From an uncultured cyanobacterium (lineage in GTDB: Bacteria; Cyanobacteriota; Cyanobacteriia; Cyanobacteriales; Cyanobacteriaceae): a stretch of 64,000 bases of DNA. Of this stretch, positions 22,365 to 33,829 are shown in pieces; positions within the stretch are counted from its first letter, which is position 1, and every line of letters starts with the position of its first letter. The notes beneath the pieces were generated by a model, which was given only the letters and a program-made list of their open reading frames with translations, had not been told where the DNA came from and did not search any database. The DNA is taken from contig CAVVOP010000009.1 in assembly GCA_963749915.1 (NCBI GenBank), positions 1-64,000 on the forward strand. Reading direction: 5' to 3'. The translations under genes and the position numbers were made by a program.

Positions 22365-24693
22365 ATGTTTGAACGTTTTACAGATAAATCAATTCAAGTA
22401 ATCCTCCTAGCTCAAGAAGAATCTCGCCATCTTGGACAAAAGTTTGTGGGTTCAGAACAAATACTGGTGGGATTGATTGCAGAAGATACCAGTGTTGCTG
22501 CTTCAGTTTTGAAAGAATTAGGTCTCACTCTCCCTTCTGCCCGTGCACAAATGGAAAAAATCATCGGACGGGGTCCAGGATTTGTGGGCACCCAAATCCC
22601 TTTTTCTCCTACAGCGAAAAAAGGTCTTGAACAATCTATACAAGTAGCCTACCAGTTAAAGCAAGATTTTATTGCTCCAGAACACTTATTACTCGGTTTA
22701 ACTCAAGATGCCGCAGGAGTAGCTGCCAAAGTGCTCAAGAACTTAGGAATTGATCTAGCTCAACTACAAGAGCGTCTGATTCTAGTTTTAACTCAATCAG
22801 TTCCTGTTCCTGCTGGAGGAGTAGAAGAGCGCCAAGGAAAATCTCAGGGAGGCAAAGCACTAGAGGAGTTTGGCACTGATTTAACCCAACTAGCGGCTGA
22901 AGGCAAAATTGATCCTGTGGTGGGTCGCCAACAGGAAATTGAGCGAGTTGTACAAATTTTGGGTCGCCGTACAAAGAATAATCCTGTACTGATAGGAGAA
23001 CCTGGTGTGGGCAAAACAGCTTTAGCTGAAGGACTAGCTCTGCGTATCAACAATGGAGATCTTCCTGAGCAGTTAGCAAATAGAAGAGTAATTGCCCTTG
23101 ATCTAGTCTCACTAGTAGCTGGTAGCCGTTTTCGAGGTGAATTTGAAGAACGCCTCAAGCAAGTTATGGCTGAAGTAAACCAAGCGGGAAACATCATTTT
23201 AGTCATCGATGAAATCCATACTCTGGTGGGTAGCTGGCTCTGTTGAAGGAGGCATGGATGCAGCTAACCTACTCAAGCCTGCTTTAGCTAGAGGAGAACT
23301 CCAGTGCATCGGTGCGACTACTTTAGATGAATATCGCCAGTATATTGAGAAGGATGCAGCCTTAGAGCGACGTTTTCAACCAGTGATGGTTAAAGAGCCT
23401 ACCGTAGAGGATACCATCGAAATTCTGTACGGTTTGCGGAGTCGTTATGAAGAACATCATCGACTGACGATTACGAATAGAGCCTTAGAAGCGGCGGCTA
23501 AACTATCAGCTCGCTATATCTCAGATCGCTATTTACCAGACAAAGCCATTGACTTAATTGATGAAGCTGGTTCTCGCGTGCGTCTACGTCACTCTAAACT
23601 ATCTTTAGAAAGTGAAGTAAATAGCGAGATACAGAAGCCCCAAGTAGATGTCGAGGATATTGCCCAAGTACTTTCAGCTTCCACAGGAGTTCCTGTCAAT
23701 CGACTGACTGAATCAGAATCAGCTCAACTACTGCACCTAGAAGATCTCCTCACCGAAAAAGTAATTGGTCAAGAGGAAGCGGTTAAAGCAGTATCTCGTG
23801 CCATTAAGCGATCGCGAGTAGGATTAAGAAATACCAACAGACCCATTGCCAGCTTTATCTTCTGCGGTCCTACGGGAGTAGGTAAAACCGAATTAACCAA
23901 AGCTTTAGCAGCTACTGTATTTGGTTCCGAAGAAGCAATGATTAGACTTGATATGTCCGAGTATATGGAACCTCAGTCAGTGTCGAAACTGATTGGCTCA
24001 CCTCCAGGGTATGTAGGCTATGGGGAAGGAGGTCAACTGACAGAGGCAGTTCGTCGCTGTCCATACACTATAATCTTGTTTGACGAAATTGAGAAGGCTC
24101 ATCCTGATACCTTCAACCTGTTACTACAGTTATTGGAAGATGGTCGCTTGACTGATTCTCAAGGAAGGGTTGTTAACTTTAACAATACCTTGATTATCAT
24201 GACTTCTAATCTTGGTGCCAGAGCCATTGAAAAACAAGGAACTGGACTCGGCTTTTTTGCTGAAGAAGACTCGGTTCAAGCTCAATACAATCGTACGGTA
24301 GACCAAGTCAATGAAGCCCTGAAGCAGTCCTTCCGACCAGAATTTCTCAATCGCTTGGATGAAATTATTGTCTTCCATCAACTGACTCGTGCACAAGTGA
24401 AATCCATTGCTGAGCTTCTGTTGCAAGATGTTGGCGATCGCTTGGGTGAAAGAGAAATTAAGATTTCTCTGACAGAAAGCTTTAAAGAGCGACTGATTAG
24501 AGAGGGTTATGACCCCAGTTACGGTGCTCGCCCCATGAGAAGAGCTATTTCCCGATTAGTGGAAGATTATCTAGCTGAGGCAATTTTAACAGGTGAGATA
24601 AAAGAAGGAGATACGGCAGTGATTGATCTTGACGAAGATGGTCGAGTACAAGTCAAACAGAAGAACTCTCGTGTCTTAGTAAGTTCAGTCTAG
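22365..24693 (+). pseudogene. clpC: ClpC-like AAA+ chaperone with a +1 frameshift
   Basis: MFERFT Clp N domain; Walker A GEPGVGKT and GPTGVGKT; removing A23232 restores [17 protein letters not shown]. Confidence 0.88.
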
Positions 24694-24846
24694 GGGTCTG
24701 ACAACTTGGAAATGAGGGATAGAAGAATTTCCCAAAATCCAAAATTATCGAACGCGAGTCCATCAAAACAATATTACAGAGAGATTGTGTCTACAACAAT
24801 TCTCATGATTTTTGAAAACAGTTATAAAAATTAGCAAACACAGACT

Positions 24847-25794
24847 ATGTATAACTCCAGCAATAAAAGTGATTTTTTCAATCAGGATAAATCTGAACTC
24901 GACTTGACTTCCCTGATAGCTCTTTTACGTGAGCAGGCTCAGCGTCGACCTCTATTCGAGAACGTAGCGATTATTGGTTGCGGTTATGTCGGTACTACCT
25001 TGGCGAACTATTGGCAACAGCAGGGTCACTTTATTACTGCTACTACCACGACTAAAAATCGCCTAGGGGCACTTAAAGAGTTAGCGGCAGAAGTGGTCGT
25101 CATGAGAGGAGACAATCTCAAGGCGATGCAATCACTCGTACAACATCAAGACACCATTGTGGTCAGTGTGGCTCCTACAGCTAATCATACTGTAAATGCC
25201 AGTATTTATGAAGAGACCTATCTTACCACAGCTGAAAATCTGGCGCGAGCTTTAAGTCAATCCTCTAATAGTAAGCAGGTAATCTACCTGAGTAGTTATT
25301 CTGTTTATGGCCATCAAAACGGCGATTGGGCTGATGAGAATTTTTCCATTGTACCGACAACTCCTAAAGCTCAAATACTATATGAAGCCGAGCAGATTCT
25401 GTTGCAATCAGCTCAAGAGAAACATAAAGTTTGTATTCTACGCTTAGGGGGCATTTATGGTCCTGGTCGCGAGTTGGTTCAGATGTTTGGTTCTCTAGCT
25501 GGTCAGACTTTACCAGGAAAAGGCGATCGCTATGTCAACTGGATTCACCTCGACGATATTGTCTGGGCAATTGAATTTGCTCGCTGGAATCAACTCCAAG
25601 GAATTTACAATCTGGTTGACGATAGCAAGCTCACGATTCGAGAACTAGGTGAGCAAGTATGTTTGAGGTATGGTCTGGCCAAAGTAGCTTGGGATTCCTC
25701 AAAACTTAGCTGGCAAAACAATAGCGTGCGTGTTAGTAATCAAAAGCTCCAAGAGGCTGGTTTCCAATTAATTCATCCACAACTAGTCATCTGA
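24847..25794 (+). CDS. NAD-dependent epimerase / atypical SDR
   Basis: IIGCGYVG, LRLGGIYGPGR and NWIHLDDI motifs. Confidence 0.85.
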   Translation: MYNSSNKSDFFNQDKSELDLTSLIALLREQAQRRPLFENVAIIGCGYVGTTLANYWQQQGHFITATTTTKNRLGALKELAAEVVVMRGDNLKAMQSLVQHQDTIVVSVAPTANHTVNASIYEETYLTTAENLARALSQSSNSKQVIYLSSYSVYGHQNGDWADENFSIVPTTPKAQILYEAEQILLQSAQEKHKVCILRLGGIYGPGRELVQMFGSLAGQTLPGKGDRYVNWIHLDDIVWAIEFARWNQLQGIYNLVDDSKLTIRELGEQVCLRYGLAKVAWDSSKLSWQNNSVRVSNQKLQEAGFQLIHPQLVI

Positions 25795-25850
25795 AATTAA
25801 TTTACCTGAATTGACGTAAACCTAAACCTTGATTAAAGATAATTAAAACA

Positions 25851-26402
25851 ATGATAAACACTTTTTCTCCCTTAGTTTCCAAGATACTTAAGCCCAACTA
25901 TCAAGCAAATTTTTGGTCACAGACTACCTGGGCAATTTTGCGAGCCGTGGTGGGACTGATGATGATTCACAATGGCTTAGATAAACTGGGCAATATTGAA
26001 AGCTTTGCTGAAGCCTATGTTGCTTACATAGGTTTGCCTTTTCCTATTTTCTTTAGCTACATTGCTGCATTTACGGAATTAATTGGAGCTCCTTTAGTTA
26101 TGATTGGTTTGCTAACTAGACCCGCCGCTTTAGGTCTTTTTGCTACCATGTGTGTAGCTATGTATCATCACATTCTCGTTGCTGGTTTGAGCATTCCTTA
26201 CTTGGAACTGTCAGCCATTTATGCTTCCTGCTTCCTGTTTTTTTTGATTAATGGTTCTGGCTTATTTTCTTTTGATGCATTAATCGTTAACTGGCTTAAT
26301 GGTAATGCTTTAAGTCAAGAAGCCAAACAAATTATGCGTTTAGAAAGGGCCTATCAAACAGTAGGTAAAAAAGAAGCTGTTTCTTCTCAAAATAATCAAT
26401 AA
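25851..26402 (+). CDS. DoxX family membrane protein
   Basis: LRAVVGLMMIHNGLDKL and GLLTRPAAL motifs. Confidence 0.85.
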   Translation: MINTFSPLVSKILKPNYQANFWSQTTWAILRAVVGLMMIHNGLDKLGNIESFAEAYVAYIGLPFPIFFSYIAAFTELIGAPLVMIGLLTRPAALGLFATMCVAMYHHILVAGLSIPYLELSAIYASCFLFFLINGSGLFSFDALIVNWLNGNALSQEAKQIMRLERAYQTVGKKEAVSSQNNQ

Positions 26403-26407
26403 GGAAA

Positions 26408-26740
26408 TTGACACTCCTCGACCTGAAGGTACGAGGATTCTTGCTTCAACCAGTTGACTTACTTAGCAAATTCTCATTTGCTAAGCAGAGGTTAATCTGT
26501 CCACAAGAGTTTAAAGACTTGGTATGCCCTACCACGTCTAATGCTTTTCTTAAAATATTGATAGCGGAGTTGTGGTCACGGCATAGCACTAAACTACACT
26601 GACAAGCATGAGTTCGTGTACTTAGACTTTTTTTGACTAATCCTTTTACATTTAAGTCTTCGATCGCCACAAAATCGTTAGATTCCATTACGCATCGGGC
26701 TAACTTAACTAGCCAATCTTTACGCTGACGACTTACCTTT
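26408..26740 (-). mobile_element. IS200/IS605 TnpB remnant with right end
   Basis: VAIEDLNVKGL joined directly to LSTRTHACQC...RDHNSAINIL; downstream hairpin CCTCGTACC...GGTCGAGG ending in TCAA. Confidence 0.8.
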
Positions 26741-26827
26741 TAGCTTATCTCTAGTAATTGTCGGGATATTTGCTATTTTAGGCTTAACAACTATAGCTCG
26801 TTAAGGTTCAGAAGCGATCGCCTCCCT

Positions 26828-27058
26828 CTACACTAGGCGAGCCTCAGCCAAATCGCGAATCAGTGAGCTTTTGGAGCGGATGTAGGTAGTCAAGATGTTG
26901 TTTTCCTCAAGAGAAAGCGATTTTCGCTTCTCAATCTGTCCGAGTAACCACTCGACCAAATCAGGATCGCTGAGCTGAAGCAGAGTATTGGTCTGGGTTT
27001 TCTCAATCAAAGACCAGAGCTGGCGTAACGTTGAAACTTCCATAGGAGCGTACCTCAT
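26828..27058 (-). CDS. Hypothetical protein
   Basis: TLRQLWSLIEKTQ...YIRSKSSLIRDLA resembles a small cyanobacterial family; start uncertain. Confidence 0.55.
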   Translation of the reverse strand: MRYAPMEVSTLRQLWSLIEKTQTNTLLQLSDPDLVEWLLGQIEKRKSLSLEENNILTTYIRSKSSLIRDLAEARLV

Positions 27059-27371
27059 TTCTGAGCGATTTGGGAAAAACTTAATATTTTCTTTAGATTC
27101 TATCATAAGTCCTGAGCCTGGTGCGAAAATAATAATTATTTTGGCAAGCAGCGAGGACAACGTCATAGCTGTTTTGGGATGGACAGCAGGCGGTAGCGTG
27201 ACTAATTCTTGGGAAAGCCCAGGTCATTAGGTTATAAGAGTCATCCTGTTAGTCTGGGGAATTAGAATTCATAAATATCCCATTCTGTCAATAATTTTGC
27301 AACAAACCTTTACAAAAAATTAATAGTTCGTTACACTATTCATAGAAGCTATCTCACACCCAGAAATCATC

Positions 27372-27722
27372 ATGATGACCATTCCCGAACCACTAAAATC
27401 TAAGTCTCGCATCTACGACCTAAAGAAACGCCTTGACTGGGGCGAACCGACTCTGACCATTATTGACGTTCGTTCACGAGACGTTTTCAAAACCAGCCAC
27501 ATCACGGGAGCCATTTCTTTTCCTCTGGGCCAACTGGCCGAACAATCGCTCATGAACCTCGAATTAGTTCGGGATATCTACGTTTACGGCTCTAGCGATG
27601 AAGAAACGGCTGCCGCTGCTGCCTTGCTCAAGGAAGCCGGCTATCAAAATGTCGCCGAATTAGCGGGTGGTGCGGCTGCTTGGAAGGCTGCTGGTTTCCC
27701 TATCGAAGGAAATTCCCTGTAG
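27372..27722 (+). CDS. Rhodanese-like domain protein
   Basis: IIDVRS...HITGAI and VAELAGGAAAWKAAG; no catalytic Cys. Confidence 0.85.
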   Translation: MMTIPEPLKSKSRIYDLKKRLDWGEPTLTIIDVRSRDVFKTSHITGAISFPLGQLAEQSLMNLELVRDIYVYGSSDEETAAAAALLKEAGYQNVAELAGGAAAWKAAGFPIEGNSL

Positions 27723-27781
27723 TCTAATTTAGTGCCGCTCGTCCCACAGCCATCTCTCAGGTAAAAGCTGAAGCCAAGCAG

Positions 27782-27874
27782 CAGACAATTGTTGAGATTG
27801 CTGCTTCAGCGAGTTCCTTCAACACCCTCACCGCCGCCTTGAAAGCCGCCGGTTTAGTAGAAGTGCTAGCAGGA
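27782..27874 (+). pseudogene. Fasciclin (FAS1) domain fragment
   Basis: TIVEIAASASSFNTLTAALKAAGLVEVLAG. Confidence 0.7.
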
Positions 27875-27887
27875 AATCGATGACGAA

Positions 27888-28043
27888 TTATTGACTAACT
27901 TGGGAGCGGCGGCGACGACAGCGTTCTGAACAGTATTTCACCTCGTCCCAGCAATCAGCCCATTTTTTGCGCCAGTGGAAAGGAAGTCCGCAGACAGGGC
28001 AAATTTTTGTCGGCAGGTTTGATTTAGATCTCTGGCGTGCCAT
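27888..28043 (-). CDS. DUF2256 family small Cys-rich protein, 51 aa; not in the ORF track
   Basis: [35 protein letters not shown]. Confidence 0.88.
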   Translation of the reverse strand: MARQRSKSNLPTKICPVCGLPFHWRKKWADCWDEVKYCSERCRRRRSQVSQ

Positions 28044-28048
28044 GAGAA

Positions 28049-29579
28049 TTAGTTCAAAATGAGATCGGGTTTACTCCTATTATGCCTCCAACTTTGAGCC
28101 AAAGCACGGATTTTTTTGAGTTCTTCTGCGTCCATGCGCTTGAGATTTCCTAGCACTAAATTCATGCGCCCAAGGGATTTGAGCTTCTCTTGGTGTCGGT
28201 CAAGGAAGTCCCAGTAGAAAAAGTTAAAGGGGCAGGCTTTTTCTCCGGTGCGATCGCCATGATTATAACAGCAATCACCGCAGTAATCACTCATTTTATT
28301 GATATAGTTGGCTGAGGAAGCATAAGGTTTAGACGCTAAGATTCCTCCATCAGCAAACTGCCCCATTCCCATCACATTCGTCTGCATCACCCAGTCGTAG
28401 GCATCTACGAAAGCAGCGTGAAACCAAGCCTCAATTGCTTGGGGGGAAACACCAGAAATTAAAGCAAAATTACTCAAGACCATCAGCCTCTGAATGTGGT
28501 GTGCGTAGCCCGTGTTTTCTACCTGATTGAGAACTTGATAGAGACAGTTCATCTCTGTCTGAGAACTTTCCCAATAAAAATCGGGTAGCGACTCAGTGTG
28601 ATTGAACCAGTTACTCTGGGAATAATCATGATCAAGATAGTGATAGAGTCCGTTCATGTATTCGCGCCACCCCAACACTTGGCGGATAAATCCCTCGACA
28701 CTGTTCAATTCTATGCCACCATCCAAGTAAGCTTTTTCGGCAGCTTCAATGACTTCCCTTGGATGCAGCAATCCCAAATTCAGGTAAGGAGAAATCAGGC
28801 CGTGCCACATCGTTTCTTCTCCCGTTACCATGGCATCCTGATAAGGGTCCAAATGACGGCAAGCTTTGAGTGATAAAATGCTCCAAAACGGACAAAGCAT
28901 CGGAGCGCGTCACGCCCCAACGGAAAGATTCTATTTCTCCGTAGCCAGGAAAGCCTTGCACTTTGATTTCATCGATGACTGATTGGGTGATTTTATCAGG
29001 TTCAAACCACAAAGCTTCCGGCGTTCTGAGGTCACTTTTAGGGGGTCGGCGATTTTGCTTGTCAAAGTTCCATTGCCCGCCAACTGGCTTATTTCCCTCC
29101 ATCAAAATCTCGAAACGTTTGCGCCCTTCTCGGTAAAAATCTTCCAGTAATAGGCGCTTGCGCGAGCAAGCCCAGTGCTGAAAATCTTCTCGACTCCACA
29201 AAAAATGATTGTTAGGTACAAAAGTAATAGGACAGCCAAGTTCTAGTTTTTTGATTAACTGGAAAAAGGGGCGGTCATTAGGATTCATGAGCCGCACTTC
29301 CGTAATTTTGTGCTGATTGATCCAGTTCTTGAGAGGCGTTTGAAAGTCATCAGCAATTTCGTAAGTTACCGGCCATCCAGCTGAGCGTAATTCTTCAGCA
29401 AAATGGCGCATGGCTGACCAAATTAAGACCAGTTTTTGGCGGTGGTAGGGCCGCTGTCGGGCATAATTCCGTGACTCAATTAAGATGACTGGTGTCTGTT
29501 TTTTGGCTGTTTCACAGCTAGAGAGTGCTGAGTGTCCAGTCCAGAGTTGATCGCCTAATATCCAAATGCCAGTTGCCAT
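28049..29579 (-). pseudogene. FeS-BCP cryptochrome/(6-4) photolyase family protein, frameshifted
   Basis: ILGDQL, HRQKL, YAHHIQRLM, KPYASSANYINKMSDYC and ACPFN motifs; +1 shift at FGP/YQDAM near 28845. Confidence 0.85.
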
Positions 29580-29734
29580 CTCAAATTTTATAGTCATTAA
29601 GTACCGTATAACTCTTTCACCGCAACACTTCTGGGGCTTTGTCCAGAATCAAACCCCACTTGACGTTGGGCGAGGGGGAGAAACTCCATTGAAAAATGTT
29701 ACATAATATAAAGATATCATTCGAGAGAGGAATC

Positions 29735-29836
29735 ATGCAAACCGTTAGACTTGGCGACCGTGGACCTAGGGTTAGTGCTTTAGGGATGGGGACTTGGGCT
29801 TGGGGAGATCGGCTTTTTTGGGCTTATGGCAAATAA
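29735..29836 (+). pseudogene. Aldo/keto reductase N-terminal fragment
   Basis: MQTVRLGDRGPRVSALGMGTWAWGDRLFWAYGK*. Confidence 0.75.
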
Positions 29837-29958
29837 GTTGCATATCCTGATTTGTTACTTATAAATAAACCAATCTCCCCTCTCACCTTCATCATTCTAC
29901 TTAGATGCGTTTCAGCTTATGAGTTGTCCTCTATCATTTCTTTAAAAGTGAGTCTAAT

Positions 29959-31362
29959 ATGCTAACAACAAAAGTCAACCCCTATCTTGATGGCAATTTT
30001 GCCCCAGTGCGTGAAGAAATCACCGCTGAGACACTGCCAGTAATTGGTGAATTACCCCCAGATTTATCAGGGATGTTCCTGCGCAATGGTCCTAACCCCC
30101 AATGGTCACCTATCGGTCAGTATCATTGGTTTGATGGGGATGGAATGATACACGGTGTCCAGATTCACAATGGTCAAGCCAGTTATCGTAACCGCTATGT
30201 ACGCACGCGAGGATGGCAAATCGAACATGAGGCAGGGAAGGCAATCTGGAGTGGTTTACTAGAACCCCCACAAATGGATAATCCTGATGGTCCTGGTAAA
30301 AATACTGCTAACACGGCTTTAATTTGGCACGCTGGACAAATGTTGGCACTGTGGGAAGGGGGTGAGCCTCACGCCATCCAGGTTCCTACATTGGAGACCA
30401 TAGGCGAATATACCTACAATGGTAGATTACTGTCTCCTTTTACCGCCCATCCCAAGGTAGATCCGGTAACGGGTGAAATGATGTTTTTTGGTTACTCTTT
30501 CGCGCCTCCGTACCTACAATATAGTGTGGTTTCTTCTATAGGTGAACTATTGCGAACGGTACCCATTGATATACCAATGGCAGTGATGATGCATGATTTT
30601 GCCATCACCGAAAATCATACTATTTTTATGGATTTACCCCTGACTTTTAGCCAGGCAAGGATGCAACGGGGAGAACCGGGGTTAATGTTTGAACATGATA
30701 AACCCAGTCGCTTTGGTATTGTTCCTCGTCACGGTGACAACAGTAATATTCGTTGGTTTGAAAGTCCGGCTTGCTATGTCTTCCACACCCTCAATGCTTA
30801 CGAAGAGGGAGACGAAGTAGTGCTGATAGCTTGTCGAATGAGTTCTACTACTGTTTTAATGCCTGAAGATACAGCATCCAATCCCGAAGGAAATATCCCA
30901 AAACTGCATCGCTGGCGTTTTAACCTCAACACTGGAACTGTACGGGAGGAAATGCTAGACGATGTGCCTTCCGAATTTCCCCGTGTAAACGAAAATTTGT
31001 TAGGAAGAAAAACCAGATATGGTTACACTGGCAGAATGGCACAGGGTTCTATGCCTTTATTTGATGGTGTGATCAAGTATGACTTGAATACTGGCAAGTC
31101 CCAAACCCATGAATTTGGACAGGGATGTTATGGTGGTGAATCCGTGTTTGCACCACATCTGGGTGGGAAAGATGAGGATGAGGGCTGGTTAATTACTTTT
31201 GTTTACGATAGTAGGTCAGAAACCTCAGAACTGTTAGTAATTAATGCCCAAGATGTCACGTCTGAACCAGTAGCGCGGGTGTTAATTCCCCAACCTGTCC
31301 CCTACGGTTTCCACGGGGCTTGGATTTCCGAAGCACAGCTAAACGCTTCTCGTGGGAATTAA
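29959..31362 (+). CDS. Carotenoid cleavage oxygenase (RPE65/CCD family)
   Basis: RNGPN, HWFDGDG, TAHPKVDP, MMHDF, VFHTLNAYE and PYGFHG motifs (four His ligands). Confidence 0.92.
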   Translation: MLTTKVNPYLDGNFAPVREEITAETLPVIGELPPDLSGMFLRNGPNPQWSPIGQYHWFDGDGMIHGVQIHNGQASYRNRYVRTRGWQIEHEAGKAIWSGLLEPPQMDNPDGPGKNTANTALIWHAGQMLALWEGGEPHAIQVPTLETIGEYTYNGRLLSPFTAHPKVDPVTGEMMFFGYSFAPPYLQYSVVSSIGELLRTVPIDIPMAVMMHDFAITENHTIFMDLPLTFSQARMQRGEPGLMFEHDKPSRFGIVPRHGDNSNIRWFESPACYVFHTLNAYEEGDEVVLIACRMSSTTVLMPEDTASNPEGNIPKLHRWRFNLNTGTVREEMLDDVPSEFPRVNENLLGRKTRYGYTGRMAQGSMPLFDGVIKYDLNTGKSQTHEFGQGCYGGESVFAPHLGGKDEDEGWLITFVYDSRSETSELLVINAQDVTSEPVARVLIPQPVPYGFHGAWISEAQLNASRGN

Positions 31363-31375
31363 GTATTACATTAAC

Positions 31376-31456
31376 TTTATAATTTTCCCCAAAATCAGAA
31401 AGTCCTGCGGGTGTGGTCAAGATCAATGATTGGAACAATTCAGGATGGGCGATCGC
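31376..31456 (-). pseudogene. Alpha/beta hydrolase fragment
   Basis: AIAHPELFQSLILTTPAGLSDFGENY is nearly identical to part of 33830-34605. Confidence 0.65.
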
Positions 31457-31610
31457 TCTGGCGACATTTCTCTGGTACCGCCGTTCTCCTGACTGGAAAG
31501 CTGAGGCGAAGTTAAACCAATCTTTAGATCAACTGGAAGCTGATTCAACGGAGACATCTCCCGAGCCTCAACTTTCTCAAACCTCTTAACCAATAGACCT
31601 CATAGTTCTT

Positions 31611-32510
31611 ATGTCAATCTCAGAGCAACAACGACATTTTTCCCTCGGCTGGTGGCTCTACCAAGGCATGTTAAAAATTTTCATCTATCCCAGCCTCTGG
31701 GTTTCCTTGGCCGTAGCTTCTCTAGCTTACTTCAGTCAAGAAACTCTGGGTCTTGACCATGACTGGCGGCCGCTAGTCCTCATCTTCGCCGCTGCTCTGT
31801 TACCCTATAATCTTGATCGTATTTTCGACTCCTACGTTCAAACAATTCCTGATCCTCAAGCTCAGTCTTACTTTCGCCATCGAGAAATCTTGCTTCTGCC
31901 CCTAGCGGCGGCAGTGGCAGTGGCAATTTTATTGTATTATGCTCCTCCGGCAGTACGGCTGGTCAGTTGTGGTGGGGTAGCTCCCCTGATCTACGGTCTC
32001 CCGTTACTACCCCTGGGGACAGGAAAAAATCGGCGATGGTACCGACTTAAGGATGTACCTGGTACTAAGGCTGGGATTGTCGCGGGAATCATTACCTACG
32101 CCGTAGTCGCTGTGCCTCTAGCCTATGCGGGGGTGGCACCGGACCAAGCCACTCTCCTCACAGCCATATTTTTACTGGTTTTGACGGGGACGAATTCTCA
32201 CCTGTTTGACCTGAGGGATCTCAATTCGGATCGTCAGAAGGGAGTATTGACAATGCCTCTGATCTTAGGAATCCTGGGAACCAGACTGATCTGGACCGGC
32301 TTGAATGTGAGTTTATTAATCTTCCTGAGTAGGTTCTGGGTTGTGGGACCAGCAACTCCCTCGCCTCAAGTAGTTATCCCAGTGACTTTGCTCAATCTTG
32401 CCTTAATCTGGTGGCTGAATCCGGATACCCCTAGAAATGTTTATAACATTGGCTTGGACGGCTGCCTTTTTTTGCCGGCACTGTTGACTAGCCGATGGTA
32501 TGAATTATGA
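31611..32510 (+). CDS. UbiA family prenyltransferase
   Basis: YNLDRIFD, LKDVPGTK and FDLRDLNSD Asp-rich motifs; multi-TM. Confidence 0.8.
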   Translation: MSISEQQRHFSLGWWLYQGMLKIFIYPSLWVSLAVASLAYFSQETLGLDHDWRPLVLIFAAALLPYNLDRIFDSYVQTIPDPQAQSYFRHREILLLPLAAAVAVAILLYYAPPAVRLVSCGGVAPLIYGLPLLPLGTGKNRRWYRLKDVPGTKAGIVAGIITYAVVAVPLAYAGVAPDQATLLTAIFLLVLTGTNSHLFDLRDLNSDRQKGVLTMPLILGILGTRLIWTGLNVSLLIFLSRFWVVGPATPSPQVVIPVTLLNLALIWWLNPDTPRNVYNIGLDGCLFLPALLTSRWYEL

Positions 32511-32550
32511 ATTATGAATTATTACCGAGTGCCTAAAGTCTTTTGACACC

Positions 32551-32793
32551 CCTCACATCACTGGGGCAGTTTCTTTGCCTTTGAGTCAATTAGTTAACGG
32601 GGCGTTGAATAATTTTGAACTAGATCGCGATATCTACGTTTATGGTCAAACCGATGAAGAAACTGCGGTCGCTGCCAGCACTTATGCTCTGCAAGGTTGG
32701 CAGCATTGGTTAACTGAGCAAAAGGAAGTTTTAGTCGGCATCGCTATTTTGCTACTGATTACCTACGCTTGGTTGTTAGTCAAAGGCTTATAG
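32551..32793 (+). pseudogene. Chimeric remnant: rhodanese fragment fused to a membrane-protein C-terminus
   Basis: HITGAVSLPLSQLVNGALNNFELDRDIYVYGQTDEETA followed by an unrelated TM tail. Confidence 0.6.
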
Positions 32794-32987
32794 ATTTAAG
32801 ATTTACTTTTTTAAGCATGATACTCTTCTTGGTTTAATCACCAATCATCAAGCTGAAATCTTTGGTCAACTAAGTTTAACTCAATCTGATCAAGTCATCC
32901 CGACCTATTCGTATAATCACTACTATCTCGATTCTATTAATAAATGTAAAATATAATTAAGTTTTGTAAACTTTATGAGAAAAAATT

Positions 32988-33647
32988 ATGGAACTAACTC
33001 AGATTAAAGACTATCTTGATAGTCCCAATCCTCAAAATCGGATGAAAGCGATCGTTGAGCTCAGAAATCACGAGCCTTCTGTAGTTGTTCCCTTGCTTAA
33101 GCAAAGGATGTATGACAAAGAATTTGTGATTCGTTCTTTTGTAGCAAAAGGCCTAGGCTATAAACGTACCGATGAGGGTTTTCAAAGTTTACTCGATTTA
33201 ATCGAGAACGATGGGGATCCTAATGTCAAAGCCGAAGCCGCTAATTCTTTGGCTAACTATGGCGAAAAAGCCATTCTCCACCTAGTCGAACTTTTTCGTC
33301 AGGAATCTCATTGGTTGATCAGGCAAAGCATCTTTGCCGTAATCAACGAAATCGATTCTCCAGATATTCTCTTTCAGCTTTGTTGTTGGGGATTGGCAGG
33401 AGAAGATCTAGTGGTCAAATTGGTATCTATTGCCGGTTTAGGCAAATTAAAGGGAACCGCTTACGAGCAAGAAGCCATAGATCTACTGTTTGAACTATCT
33501 ACGGCTCAAACAGTGCAAATTAGAGTGGAGGTTGCTAGAGCCTTAGTCTCTTTCGACGATCCCAAAGCGAAAGCAGCATTAGCTGATTTACGACACGATC
33601 CCGACCATCGAGTTGTCGGTGCCACTTTAGAGGGCATGATCCCATAA
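32988..33647 (+). CDS. HEAT-repeat (PBS lyase-like) protein
   Basis: Repeated DxxV(R/K)xxAAxxL helical motifs. Confidence 0.85.
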   Translation: MELTQIKDYLDSPNPQNRMKAIVELRNHEPSVVVPLLKQRMYDKEFVIRSFVAKGLGYKRTDEGFQSLLDLIENDGDPNVKAEAANSLANYGEKAILHLVELFRQESHWLIRQSIFAVINEIDSPDILFQLCCWGLAGEDLVVKLVSIAGLGKLKGTAYEQEAIDLLFELSTAQTVQIRVEVARALVSFDDPKAKAALADLRHDPDHRVVGATLEGMIP

Positions 33648-33829
33648 CTATCTAGATCTTCAACTAATTTTTTGGTCTTAATCATAGGAGAGTCACTAAT
33701 GTTAAAAAGATTCCTGGCACCATTTCTAGTATTATCCCTAGTTTTCACAGTAATAACGATCATTAAAGGTTAGAAGATGAATTAAACTTATGACTTGAGA
33801 AAGTATAACTAAGAATTTTTTGAAATATT

